Below, piece after piece: positions 13,813 to 27,300 of a DNA stretch of 64,000 bases; within the stretch, counting starts at the first letter, position 1, and each line of letters starts with the position of its first letter. Below the pieces are notes generated by a model. That model had not been told where the DNA came from and made no database searches. It saw only the letters and a list, made by a program, of their open reading frames with translations. The position numbers were made by a program, and so were the translations under genes. This DNA comes from Phoronis australis (Eukaryota; Animalia; Phoronida). The stretch lies in assembly GCA_002633005.1 (NCBI GenBank), contig NMRA01000017.1, forward strand, positions 1,028,737 to 1,092,736. The letters are read 5' to 3'.

Positions 13813-16800
13813 TAATCCTATAGCAGCATTGTATTGTGTTATTAACTGTTAATGTTTTGCTCTCTTGGTTTGACCAAATAACATTGTAGTGTATATACAA
13901 GTTTTGCCTTGTGTATTCTCTTGTGTAGGTGAGATACCTGTGGAACATGACTTGACCATTGACCTATCTCATTCCAACTAGTCAGTTTATTGAAATTTGT
14001 TATAATAGTCCCTTGATGTCATATTATCGTGTTCGCTATTCCTTTGTGTGATTGTTGCAACTTAGCCAGCCCTAGTTCCTGGTAAGGTACTTCAGTACCC
14101 TTCCCCAATCACTCCCTTATCCATATTGTAGGCATTTGAATAGCACAAACTGTGAACATGATTACTGTTGTGGCCAGTTTCGGTTTAGGGACAGTGGGAC
14201 TGAGATGACTGTCAGTGGTGGCACTGACTGGATGCTTTACATAATAGGCTGACTTGGTTTGTCTGCATAATATTGCCATTCCCATGTGAACATTGGTGGA
14301 GGTAATTCTGTGTATTTTGAAAGCAATTTTTTAGGATATTTTGCTGTGGGACACAAATTTGCCGGGATTTTGAATTCCACCAATTTTGCTGAATTGATAT
14401 CGGGGAAAATCATTGATTACCTCCATGGTTTGTTGATTCAGTTAACATTCCAACAGTTATCTGTATCATAAAGCCAGTGGTGCTGTTGATGTCACTTTTT
14501 GGTATTCATGAGTCCTTAGGGCAAACAACCATTTGTGGAATTAATTATGTATTTTTGCATAAAATATTTCTGGGATTCCAAATTACATGGGAATGGCATT
14601 AATTTCTCAATTAGAATTTTATCTTGATCCAAATGCGCCTAAAGAATTTGAAGATATTTAAATAGAGTAGCATCGCATGTTACTAACTACACAAACATCC
14701 TGGTCTTTTCTCATGACTAGAATTCTATTCGCACTAGTTTCTTGTCTTAGGCATAACAATTCACTTTTTTCATGTATCGTCAATTTTCTCATACACCAGA
14801 GTTCTTTTTTCATGAACAACTGGTTGTAAGAAAAAACAAAACAAATGTGTTAGAAAGATAATAATTGTTGTGTGTCAGAGTGAGGAAAGAAATATATAGT
14901 AGCTCACGAGAATGGACAGAAATATGTTAGTGAAAATGTGTGCGATGTGTGAGGGACGAAAACTAGTTACCCTGTGTTGAACAGATCTGCTCATATTTGC
15001 CCATGAAATAGCTGACAAAAGACTTTAATTGCATTGCTGGAATGTGGACAATACAAATCTATAAAGGATTCAAAGAGAGCAAAGTTGATACTTCAATTTC
15101 TTTCTGTGATATTTGCAAAGTCTAGAATTTTAATTTTTTTAAGTCAGTTGTGATTGCATGATGTATTCAGACATTCGTTCTATTAATTCATGTTCCATGT
15201 TGTAAAACCTAACTTCTATTTTCCCGTTTGATAATCAACTTGAATTAAGATGCGTGTGTGGCTGAATATTTTGAGGTATCTGCTCTGTCTTGGCGCTCCC
15301 TTTACGTGTGTTTTCTAGCGATGGTTTTCAAAGTCTATCAACATGGTATTCTTTGGTTAAAATGTACTGCGTTGTAACTTTGTTGGCATAAAATTAACCT
15401 TTATGCATGGTTTTTGTTCGGAAAGGAACAGATGTCAGTGAGACTACTAGCAGCGTGTTTGGAAATGGGCGTGGTGCGATCTTCTAGATTTTAGATGATC
15501 CCATTTTGGTCCAGAATGATAAATAAAATTGAGTGTATATCCTGCAAAGGAGTGTGCTAATTGTTGTAAATGGAGTAAAATATGTGTTTTACCATGGCAG
15601 TGCTTCATTCCCAGTATATTTATAAGTTTTCTGTTGTACAAAGACTACCCCAGGTATAGTCTCACCATAAGGGAAACTGCGTAGTAAATACAGTTACTAT
15701 TTTCTCATTTTATTCGTTGAGGATATGTTGTACCAAAACAGTATGTTACCTTCAAGCCTCAAAAGACTGCGTTTTGTAAGCTTCTCAGGATTCACAGCAA
15801 TTTTAAAAGGCATTGAAAATAAAGAAAAGGCGTTCTTGTTAACGCTTTTTGTCCAAAAGTGGTGAGACTTCACTGAGAAGTCACATATTGCCAAAAGCCT
15901 TATTTCTTGTCATATTTTGGTTTGACGCCAAATTGAAATTTACAGAGTGTATGACTCGGAATCAGAATGTGGAACATAACAATTGCTAGACATAGATTGC
16001 ATGATACTTTAGTAACAATAAGAGATTATTCATTTTGCAAAGATGTTATTTCATTCACTGTGTTCGTAATTCATGCCTTGAGGCTGCTCGGGTGTGGCTG
16101 TATGTTCAGTCTAGGAATTGTTGGAAATTTTTTTGAGTACCATTAATGTCTTTGTTAGTTTACAATACACAGAATGCTTCATTTCAAATAAGACATCAAA
16201 CATTCCAAATGTAGTTTGTAGACTGCTCACTGAGAATTACCCAAGATGCATTTGCTACGACTTTATTTTCATTGTACGACGAATCCCTTTTTGTGTGGTC
16301 ACTGAACCGAAAACAATTGTCACACTCTGTATTATAGTATACATCGAGTATAGGCTTACTACAAGCATACTAGGCTTTTGATGTCGTAAAATGTAATTAT
16401 AAAGATCAACACTGGTATTTAACTTCAAAACATGCAATTTAGCAGATACAAAAACATGAATTTAAAAAAATTACATTTTAGTATGCTTTCGGGAGGAGAG
16501 GGAAGGGAAAAGTATGGTTTGTACGCTTCTGGAAAAGGTGATCAGTAGCGGAATACTATACGGCCCATCTGACCAGAATATGGTAACTTCTATGGAGTAC
16601 GACCACTATAACATGACCACCCAAAATAATTCACTATTTTAAATTGTTATCCTCTTTATAACGTATGACCAAATGAAGACTGGCACTTCAAGCCCTTGCT
16701 ATAAATACAAACAGTAACCAACTTGCGTGCAAAATTTATGACACCTGACAATGTCATTATATCGCGTTGTGGTATATCAGATTTGTTTGCCTTGTCGCAT

Positions 16801-16884
16801 AAACATAATAGGTAGGCTAATACCTTTGCTGAGGCAATTCTGAGGTCACCTAATGTCCAAGTGAAGAGTAAAGAGGAGATGCTT

Positions 16885-17022
16885 TTTATTGAAAATTTTA
16901 TGCATTCAACATGGACATTTTTGTATTACTGCTCATACAAATTGATTCAGTGGTGAAACTGTCTGAACGGACAAGTCAGGGAAAACAGAAAATAAGCGAA
17001 TTGGTTTTAATACAAATTTATT
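16885..17022 (-). terminator. Candidate polyadenylation signals of the MELTF-like gene
   Basis: TTTATT at 17017-17022 and 16885-16890, ~1.4 kb past the stop and close to where strand composition appears to flip. Confidence 0.4.
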
Positions 17023-18372
17023 CTGTACAACTTGAAATGTATACTTCTGACTCATTTAATATTACATAAAAATATGTTCAGTAACCATCAAAATTCTCCA
17101 TAAATTCCTAAATGAAAATTACAAACTCCACTTGATTTTTAAAATATCCTACGCTATATACATATCAAAATATGTACAAACAGTGAGAGTTTCTGAAATG
17201 TCCACAGTAAACAGGTGTAACTACAGATCCCAAATCATCAACTTACTTCAATCTTTATAACAGCTCGTGATTATCACAAATTGTGGAATGAAAAGTGAGA
17301 AAAGACAACATAAACTGGAATGTATTTTCAAGATTGAGACGAGAGTCTTGCGCAAAACGTGCCAACATGGTGTACATAAATACACTAACTTTCCCATGTT
17401 AATACAAATGCTTATTTTCATAATCAAATGTGAATACAATGTACACATGGTCTAATCTAAAGCTCTGATAACCCTGGAACATATAAGACACCACACTCGA
17501 CATATTCAATCAGCAGTTTGGATTGAACCCACGAACTTTGACCTTGACTGTTCATATTTCCAATTTTCTTTTACAAATTACAAACATGTAACCACTTAAT
17601 ATTATCAAGATTCATCTCCAAACCTAATTGAAGATTCTTTTGTACAATCCATGGTTCTTTATACAAAATAATACTCTATATACAAAAACAACATGGTAAA
17701 TCAGAGGAAATCTTTATGCTACTAAAATTTGCAAATTTATTCCCAAAACATGTTAGCTTCTGAAACAGACAAACCTTAGCACATGACTCCATCCTGAATT
17801 AACACAAAGCATGGGAATTCTCAAAAAGAGCATTCTTTCCTCATGAATGCAATCATTCTCACCAACTATATTGCCTTTCTCACACATATACAATATATGT
17901 CGAATTATAAACACACTTCCTTTCCAACAAACCATTATAGTTCTTTCATCCTTTTGTCATGACCAATTATTTGTGAGAAAACAAAGCTGCCAGTGAGAAT
18001 GTCTGTGCATTTCATATCAAGACGATATAAATTTGCCTTAAAAAATGAAATGCACAACAAAAGAATCGTACGTTTGCTCACTGAGGAATCGCGTCTGCTG
18101 ATTGAGGAATCACGTCTACTGAGACCAATGTTTTATTGTTACAGTAGGTATCTGTTCATGGAGAAAAATTGAACAATGAACTGTAGGTGGGATGAGGATT
18201 TTGAAGATTTGTGTGCCATTTGTCACGAGATCAATGTTTTGAAAGGCATTAAATATTAATCCAGTACACAGTGCTCAGATAATGTTGCAAGACACTATTT
18301 TTTCCAGAAAGTTATGCTTCAGATTCATTATTCAATAAATCTCCGATCTATTGTGCTAACATCAACCCTAAT

Positions 18373-21300
18373 TTATAGAGGGTAGAACCGCACTAAAAGC
18401 ACAGTCATGACCCCTACCACATATATCTGCACCAGCCTAGTCCACCGTGAGGCACCACTTGTACAGTCGTAGTAGTTCAGGTAGGACACAGTGGACATGA
18501 ACTCCCCACCCAGCCACTTGTCATATCGCTGCCGGTCCTCAGCGATAGGTACAAGGCGTACGGCAGAATCAGAGAACATCAAGTCAGTGTTACCAGTACC
18601 AGAGTCAAACATCTGGAACTCTGAGTTCCTGAAAAAGGAATAAACACGTCAAGAAGACAGAGTATCTTCAATGGAGACTCAAACTAACTCTGATCCAAAC
18701 TAACAGTGATAATGGTAATAACATAGTCATACTATTTAAATAAAGCTAAGCACAATAAGTAATTGTGAACCAATCAAAAATAGTAACCAATGTAGTTCAC
18801 TTCATATGGCACAAACAATACACATTTTTGACTCAAATATTAATTGTAAGTGAAATGTCAGTTATTCTGTACAGTATGGCGTCATGTGACAATAGCAATT
18901 TTCCAATGTAGCTGTCAAATAGTTGGTGTAGAGCATTCAGAATTTTTAGATGGAGATTTAATATAGTGGAATTCTCAAGCATTTTTGTCAAATCAGCACT
19001 GTTAAGCCATCGAATAACCAAATGATCCATACAAAAATTTCATACACAAATTCCATTTCAAAACGTTGGTGAATGAGAGAAATTGCGTTTCGTTCAAGTT
19101 AGCCAACCCCCCCCATCTTACACATCAGAATTTGACAGTTTCAAACTCTCCCAATGGTAAGGAACTGTATGCCGGAAACTGCTATTATTGAACATTGCCA
19201 ATGACATTATGCCTGGAACCAAACTTAGATTTCATGTCAATAACATTTCTCAAGACATTGCGCCATGGAGCACATTATTGTAAGATAAGTAACTCACACG
19301 TCCGAGGCGTAAAACTGCTGTCCGTATTCGATGACACTCCACAGAATATCTCGATCATGCTTTGATTTAAACCCTGCAAGACACATGAGGAAACACTGAG
19401 CAAATTCAACAACATGTTGCATAATTTTGCTGTGTCTATGTCTGATGTCATTCCACAACAATTTACACAGAAAAAAATGATGACAATAAAATGTGCAGTT
19501 TGAAAAAAGAATTGAATTTAGTATTTTACACAACTAGCATTTACAGAAGTTGCAAAATAGCCCGTCTGACTTCCAGATCAGCAAGAACCTGTAAGAAATA
19601 TTTGGTAGTACTTAATAAATTCATAAATTTCATAAGACAATTCAAATGCGAAACACAAGAACATAATAAATATTTCACATCCAAGGGAAACATAAACGTA
19701 TTAGATCATAACATACGACCAGTCACAATACCTTAGACATGCTTCCAATTCATAATGTTTTTATTTTCTACAGGTTTACAAGCTTATAGAGCTTACATTC
19801 ACTTTCTATGAGATGCTTTCCCTACATAAAACGAAGCAGTACGATGACTTTAACTGTTGTCAAGGGTGACCGAAAGCATGAAGTCTGGACACAACTTGCA
19901 AAATGAGGATTTTTTTGTTGAACCTAAAAAGCTTTCCACATGTTTTCCACGAGTGTTTTACCTTTTTTCAATGTAAAATATTGTAACCATTTCCTGATTA
20001 TCCAGGTGTTCATAACGAGAGATCTTTGCAAAAGAACTGTTTTACTGTAACATAACACACTGAAATGTATGTTGACCGTCGCCCACTGACCTGAGGTCAT
20101 GATGGCCCTAGATGGCACTTTAGCCAAGTGGCAATTCTCCCACTCGTGAATACTCGTTCGACGACCATTTCTACACAACAGCTCATAATCGTCAGAACGT
20201 CGATTCCTTGCCCACTCATCTCCGTTGTGACCATCCGTATTGTCAGGTGGCGATGTGTGTCGCATGAATGCAACATCTCCTCCCTCTATAATCACAAATG
20301 TGTTTGAAGCGTTACATACCCTTCCACTTTCCTAGGAAGTGAATCTAACATGAGCACCTTCAGTTTGACAGTTAGGTCCCTTCATAGTGAAGCAAATGCA
20401 GATTACTGATAATAAGGTCCCAAATAAACACTTGTAAGTCATGTGACTATTTTATCAAATAAAATTGCTCCCTGACTGCGCTCTGTTTAAGGATGTTAAA
20501 ACAATTATATTAGGTTACCTGCAAAGACAAGCGATAGGTTCGTGGAGACAGCCCGTCTCTTGAACCAATCAAATGTCTTTTTCCATTTTATCACCATTCA
20601 CCAGGACAATACGCTGAATGTAGTCATAACGAAATAACTATCAACAATATTGCAAATAAGTTTCGAACAGATCAAATTATGATGGTTGTTTATGCTCAAG
20701 TACATCGGCAAAGCAAGATGAATTTTTATGAAATTCAGCATCATTTTGTAAAAACTTGTGTGATTGTGTCACAAACTACACATGGGGCATTGATAATACC
20801 CAGAACTCACATTCACCTCAGAAAACCATGCATCTAAGATCAACACTAGACTGCAAACCTCACTAACTTTTCTGTTACAGAAACTAGAGAGCATCGGCAA
20901 AAGCGTCAACAACTTTGCACCCACAATTATAAGATTGTCGCAAGAAAATGTTTTCAAAGTTGAATTCTGAATAAAATACATTTTCAACAACATTGGACAT
21001 ACTTTCTGCAAGACATCTGAAAGCGCCACTGTCTCCGTAGTACAATTCGTCACTATTGCGCCGACACTTGTCTAGACCACCAGCAGCACAGTTCTCACAC
21101 AAGTTGACAGGATTCCACGAGTTCTTATTGTACCTGGGATCCAGTATACCAGGTATGCAGGAGTATGTGAACAGCTCACCTGAACAGGTAATAACAACAT
21201 GTCAATAAATGGTTCAGGCAGTGCGGTGAGTCACGTTTTACTATCAGTGATTTTTGCTATAACTTACTTAAACAGACACTAAACCCTACTTTGGTTTCAA

Positions 21301-24300
21301 CCAATCCTCCTTCTCCACCCTGCTAATGCCACTGTAGCACCTCACTTGTGAAATAAAAGCAGGTTTCAACTAAAAAACAGTTAAGGTTATGTTACTTTGG
21401 AGCATCACATCTCAAAAATGGCTGAAGCACTATAAATTATGCACAGTTCTCCAAACATCTGTTATTTTGAGATGAGGGGCTGTGAAAATATGACTTTTAT
21501 GATTTACATGAAAAATTCAAGTTACATATTTCAGAAAACTGTAACAGTGTTTCAAGATTTCATCTTAAACGTTTGTATCAAATAAAATTTGACCACACTA
21601 TTGATATTGTTGCTTTACCTTTCTTTTTCCCTAAATTTTACTAACAGGACATGGTCATGTGACCCAGTTAATGGCAGACGGGTAAAAATCAAAAAGCAAT
21701 TCCACAGGCCCTCTAGTGTTAGAAAATAAATAGTTTTGTAGATGTTTGGCTAAATTCGTAGATTTGTCAATAAGAGTCTAAATAACCTAAATCACAAAGT
21801 CACACAATGGTTAATATGGTTCTTGGTAGGTGATTTTTCCCCACAGTTGTATAATTTGTCTAAAGTGTAGGTCATGCTTGCAGGTTTAGCAGACTTTGTA
21901 AGATGGTCTCAAATTTGCTCCAAACTTCTGAGTGTTTATGAGAGTTACATTCCCGTGATTTTGTTTTGGAGACTGAGGTGGATGGAAAAGTTTTTGTTTA
22001 ATATCTGTAATCAGGCCAAAACTGAATTTAGTATTAAGTTAAATTAAAACTGCGGGCACATCCCGGACTCACAACTAGAGTGACTATTGTATTGGAACAC
22101 GTGTATTTCAATGGCGGGTTATGTTTTGAATCCCTAGGTAGTGGTCCGGCATAATATTAAGTGATGTATAATTATAGAACTAAGCTACTTTCGCTGACTA
22201 AATCCTCAAAGGCTGAGCAGTATGAGCTTCAAAACATGCCACAAGCCCAATAGGATGCTTGAAATTTACAATCCCTCAAAGTGAAAATGTCAAACCAAAT
22301 AAAAAGACGGTGACAAGATTATAAACCGTGTGTCAGCTTCCATTTTTGACTGCTGAACTCACCCATAGCCTTGGCTACTTCACACTTCTTGGGTCTGATT
22401 TGTGTGGTTTGCATAAGTATTGTGGTGGGGATGATCCAGCCTGCTGCAAGCCCCACACCTCCATGGCAGGTGTTCTTGCCTAAAAATCACACAGCAATAC
22501 AAGCATGGTATGTGAGAACACACCTGAATAAATGCACTTTATCAGCATGTTCGAGAATACGACGGTGCCATTTGAATTCTCTAGTACTTAACCACAGTGC
22601 TCTTCATGTGAGAGCCATGTATCCCACTCCTACACATGTTCCCTGCTAATCTGGTCACTATTTACATTTAATTGTTAATATCAGGAAATATGACAAGCTA
22701 GATATATATTCCCAGGTGCACACTGTACTGTTTGTTGAATGTATGGCTAAATTAAAAACTGTGTCACACCTCAAAAATTCGATCGGTCACTGAGTACCTT
22801 CTGCTTACACTAGAACACAATAAGCATTCACTCGGACAAAATGACAAGTAATGCCCCGTCATGATGGTTGTGCAGATAATGAATTCATGGTCAGAGTAGT
22901 CTCCCCTGATGACCAAGAATGAAGGGGAATTAACGGGAGAGTTAGTAAAGTAGGCTCAGCCATTCTGTAATTAGAATTTCGGCACCCTAATAATTATCAC
23001 CAGCCATTTTTTGCCACCACGATAAACAAAAAAATCGGTATCTTGTCTGATTACTTCTTCTTGTACTGTACATGCATGAAAGAAGAAACTTTAATTTGAG
23101 ATAAGTTTTATTGTCCAATGTTGCCACCTACCTTTCAAGTTGAATAAAGTCAGTTCAGAGTCCCGTTTCCTGGCCACAGCCACAGCGTAATAGTAATCCT
23201 TACCGTCACCATAGTCTTCAAACCCAATGGGGGTCATGTTATAATACCTAACACAAGACAACATGTTGTAAGCATAAAGGTCAAAGTGTTTGTCCCAATG
23301 AATTACTTTGCTAATATAACTGTATTAACATGAGGTGCCTATTATGTGACCTCAACAGTGTGTTTAAAGGCCAATATTACGACATGCCAATAAGTTTTAA
23401 TAACTTTTACATATATTAACAAGGGCACAAATTGAGGTGTGTCAACAGGACATGTCACATGGCACTATAACTTTCTGAGCCTGAAATGTCAACTCCAGAA
23501 CTTTCACAACCGTGTCAATAAAATTCCACGGAGGTCAACATTACCCAATTTCATGATGATTGCACCAGTAGACTTGTAGCAAGGATATCCATGCCAACAA
23601 CATTCTAGTGATGACTTTAATAAACTTCCCTTGTGAGAGACATACTCACTTTAATTCCTAGTGATTGAAGAAATCTGATTCCCTAAGAGAGCCGATCATT
23701 GTACAGCTTGTAATATTGTCTCATTAGTACCATTTTCTCAAATATAACCAATAATACATTCAAATAATTTTCACTACTTCTAAATTTTGCTAGTAGCAAT
23801 ATTAAATACTCGGAAGAATGGAAACTAGGGTCTCAGAACAGGAGGACATTTTCAATCAATCATTGATAATCCATACATTTAATGTCCACTTCATTAATTT
23901 TAACTCATTTTTCACGACTCATTATAACTCTCAAGCTTACCTTCCTGCAACATAGGTGTCACCAGCATCTAGACTGATAAGATCTGCATCACCATCACTA
24001 ATGTACTTCATACATTGTATGGTGCTTGAGGCCACGATACAGTCGATGTCTGGCTTCAGCTTCCGTGCCAAAAATGCACGCTTCATTTTCTCGCATTTTG
24101 CTGTCTCCTGCTCTGATATCACACACCAACGAGCTTTCTTGATTGGACAGTACTGGATAGTATCAATCTTTTTCTGGTAGTCATCGCCTGCAGACAACAA
24201 AGCCATAGTCTCAGTTAATACCACATTTGAGACCAAATGCCTTCATGGATAAACTTGTTACGTCGGTAAAACTATTTAAGGAAAGGCAAAAGTCTACCAG

Positions 24301-27300
24301 TTTCAAAGGGACTTTCCTTATTACGAAGAGAAATATTTTAAACCTGGGGCATGTTACATAAAATGACTCAAGATTTAAGACCAAAAATTTGCCTTTAGAC
24401 TTACAGTGAAATTAAGCCAGTTTTTTGACAAAGGTGAGCATGCTTTGTCTCTGGTGCTTTGCTAGTTCTCAACGCATAAGCATACAATCTTCATTTTGAC
24501 ACTGTTTGAACATTAGATTGTACAAATAACAAAATTTTTTTTCAACGGTTAACAGTGGGGACAGTTGTAAATTTTGGTCATTTAGACCAAAAAAGTCCAA
24601 TCTTGAGCATACTATGTAGCGATTTTGGTCTTAGTCTTTGTCTTAAGAAATTTCATGAAATGGGGCTGAGACATTTTGGTCTTACGTTAGCCTAATTTCG
24701 GTCAGTCCAAGTTAAGACAAAAAAAGTTTACACAACATATCACTGACAGGCCTTTTCACATGATGATAGAAATTGCTCTTCATTAACAAAAAGATCATAC
24801 AGCAAGCATTAAGACAAGTTTGTAGTATGCGACTCCCTCACCAATATACTCATAGACATTCAGAGCCTCGACTTTCTGCAGGTTGACCGTTTCATCACTG
24901 AACATCAGGTTGTAACCTTTCCATTTAGACGAATCAAAAACCTTGAAGGTACTTGGTGTGGGTGATGATGTCCCATTTCCCTGTGCAGGAGGAGGGGGTA
25001 TGCCACCAAAATCTGTAATGACATGAACTGTCCATGGCCAAAGCAGGAACATTAAGGGACATTTGGAGATGCACATGCATGCTCCTAACTATAATCTATA
25101 GCAGGAACTAAACAGCAATGCTATTTTAACACAATCAATGCTAAACAAAGTGAAGTTGTATTCATTGACAACTTGTAAATGTGAAAACAAAAATCTCTGG
25201 ACCTTTACATATGTGATGTACCTAGTGGACTCACACAGCCTGCATTATGCCGTGTTATCTACACTTATTGGACACGGTTCAGTGATTCGAGGCAAATCAT
25301 TTTCAACAAAATACTCTAATGACATTTTGGAAACTTTCAAGCCAACTCATATTCACATCGTCGCTTATATATTGCATTTTGTAACTTGTTTTGGAAAATA
25401 ATCACTGAGATAAGTAATTAGCCACCAGTTTCCGCTTCAATATCAGTTTTTACTTATTCTTCAAAAATATGAATAAAAGAAAATCTCACTTTTCTTCCAT
25501 AATGTATTGAAAAACTCACTGGCCACTAAGATATGACTGTCAAGGGCCTACCTTTAGCTACTTGTAAGAACAGGTCTCTCATCTGAACTATCTCGTCTTT
25601 AGGACGTGGAGCTGTGACCACCACGTGGCTCTTTACGACACCCCAGTTACATGACTCGTAGGCGCTGACTGCCGTCTTACGACCATCTGTACACAGCAGC
25701 TCGTAGAGCTACAAAATATGTCACAGCTACAGAAAGGATACCACAGAGCAATGCCACGTGGAACATACACTACCGTTAGATGACAAAATCTATTTTAAAG
25801 TAGTGCCTACGTATAATTTGGTCAGTAGGATTATTTTACAAGAACAGTCAAGTTTTAGTTTTTAATCAAGAACAGTATTCATATGCTGTTTTTGAAAATT
25901 GAGCTCTGACAAGCTTAAGGGTGGGAAACTATCTGAAGAGTAATGCTTGAAGACTCAAAATCCTAACCAATCCTTGGCAAACATTAAAGCACGGTGCAAA
26001 ATAAAATAGTATTCAAATCTTTTTAGGCAAAAGACCCAATATCTTGCTTCAAAAGGAAAAGCCAAAACAAATCTAAACTTCATTACTGCATTTTGCCCTG
26101 CTTCGCAACTAAAAAAAAATTGAACTAGGCCATTTACACTCGTAAAATAGGGTCTCATAACATCATAACATCGATTTCCATACCGTGATAGGAATTTACT
26201 TCCCTTACTAACATAAGCATTGAAACCAACTGCGACTCAAGAACATGCTTCAGATTTTATTAGATTTGACAAGCCCTAAAATTGTGAATTTGACAATGGT
26301 ACGTGTACACTTTGCAGGCGACTTGAGTTGCCGGCTCATTCAGCAACAATTCAAGGTTGAATGAGCGTGGTAATGTATTTAAACCACAAAGAGCTTCAGT
26401 TAAGAATTCAACATTGACGACTAAACAGCGGCAAAATGAACCTTGGAAAATTAAGCTCCTGACTTATTAACAGTAATTGTTCAAGTGAATCTGAAATTTA
26501 AAGCAAAGGATGAGACAAGACAAACGTACACCAGAGTTTTTCTTTGGGTCATCCTTGGTCATCATTTCTACTGTGGAGTCCCTGACAAAGGCCACTTGAC
26601 CATACTCTTCTCCCTCGGTCAGACACTTGAATGCGCCGGCAAAACCAGCATACGGGTCACGAGAGGTGCACCACGTCTTGTCACCTGTGGTCGCGCCTGC
26701 GCACAGGTAGCACGCTTTTACCGGATTATCACCTGTAGGAGCAAGACAAGAGATGAAAATTTGATCTACACTATTACAATACGAGTGATAGTCAATGCGA
26801 GGTTCATTTTTGTTCAAGGTTATCTCAAATCTTATTTAGTGACCTTTATTCTAACTCATATATCAAAAAATCAAGGCATGTCAACTAGTAAAAGTATATA
26901 TTTTCTGAAAGAAAACAATCACAGATTATAAAAAAGTTTTGTATTTACGTGCCATTATTATTACTACGTTAACACATTTTTAAGTCAAAATTTCATTTTT
27001 AAGAAAGGTACATTGATTCATAGCAAAATATCCCTTGGTTGATTTTAATGAAACCCTTTTTAAATGAAACCTTGTAAATGCTGTTACGAATATTTCGACT
27101 GCTCATTTAGTTATACGTGTCTATGCCAAATTAACTCGCAAAATGTAAGATATTTTTGTAAAAAATAGCAGCCAACTTGTATTTGGTCAATATAACCTGT
27201 ACATGCCTTAACCATATTTGCTATTTGAACACTCACTCACAATGTCAACTGAACTTGCAGTGCACAATTAACTTAATTATCACTAATTTTGTTCATTCGG

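Noticed and set aside
26485-26931. 148-aa plus-strand ORF
   Set aside because: Antisense shadow of a transferrin exon.
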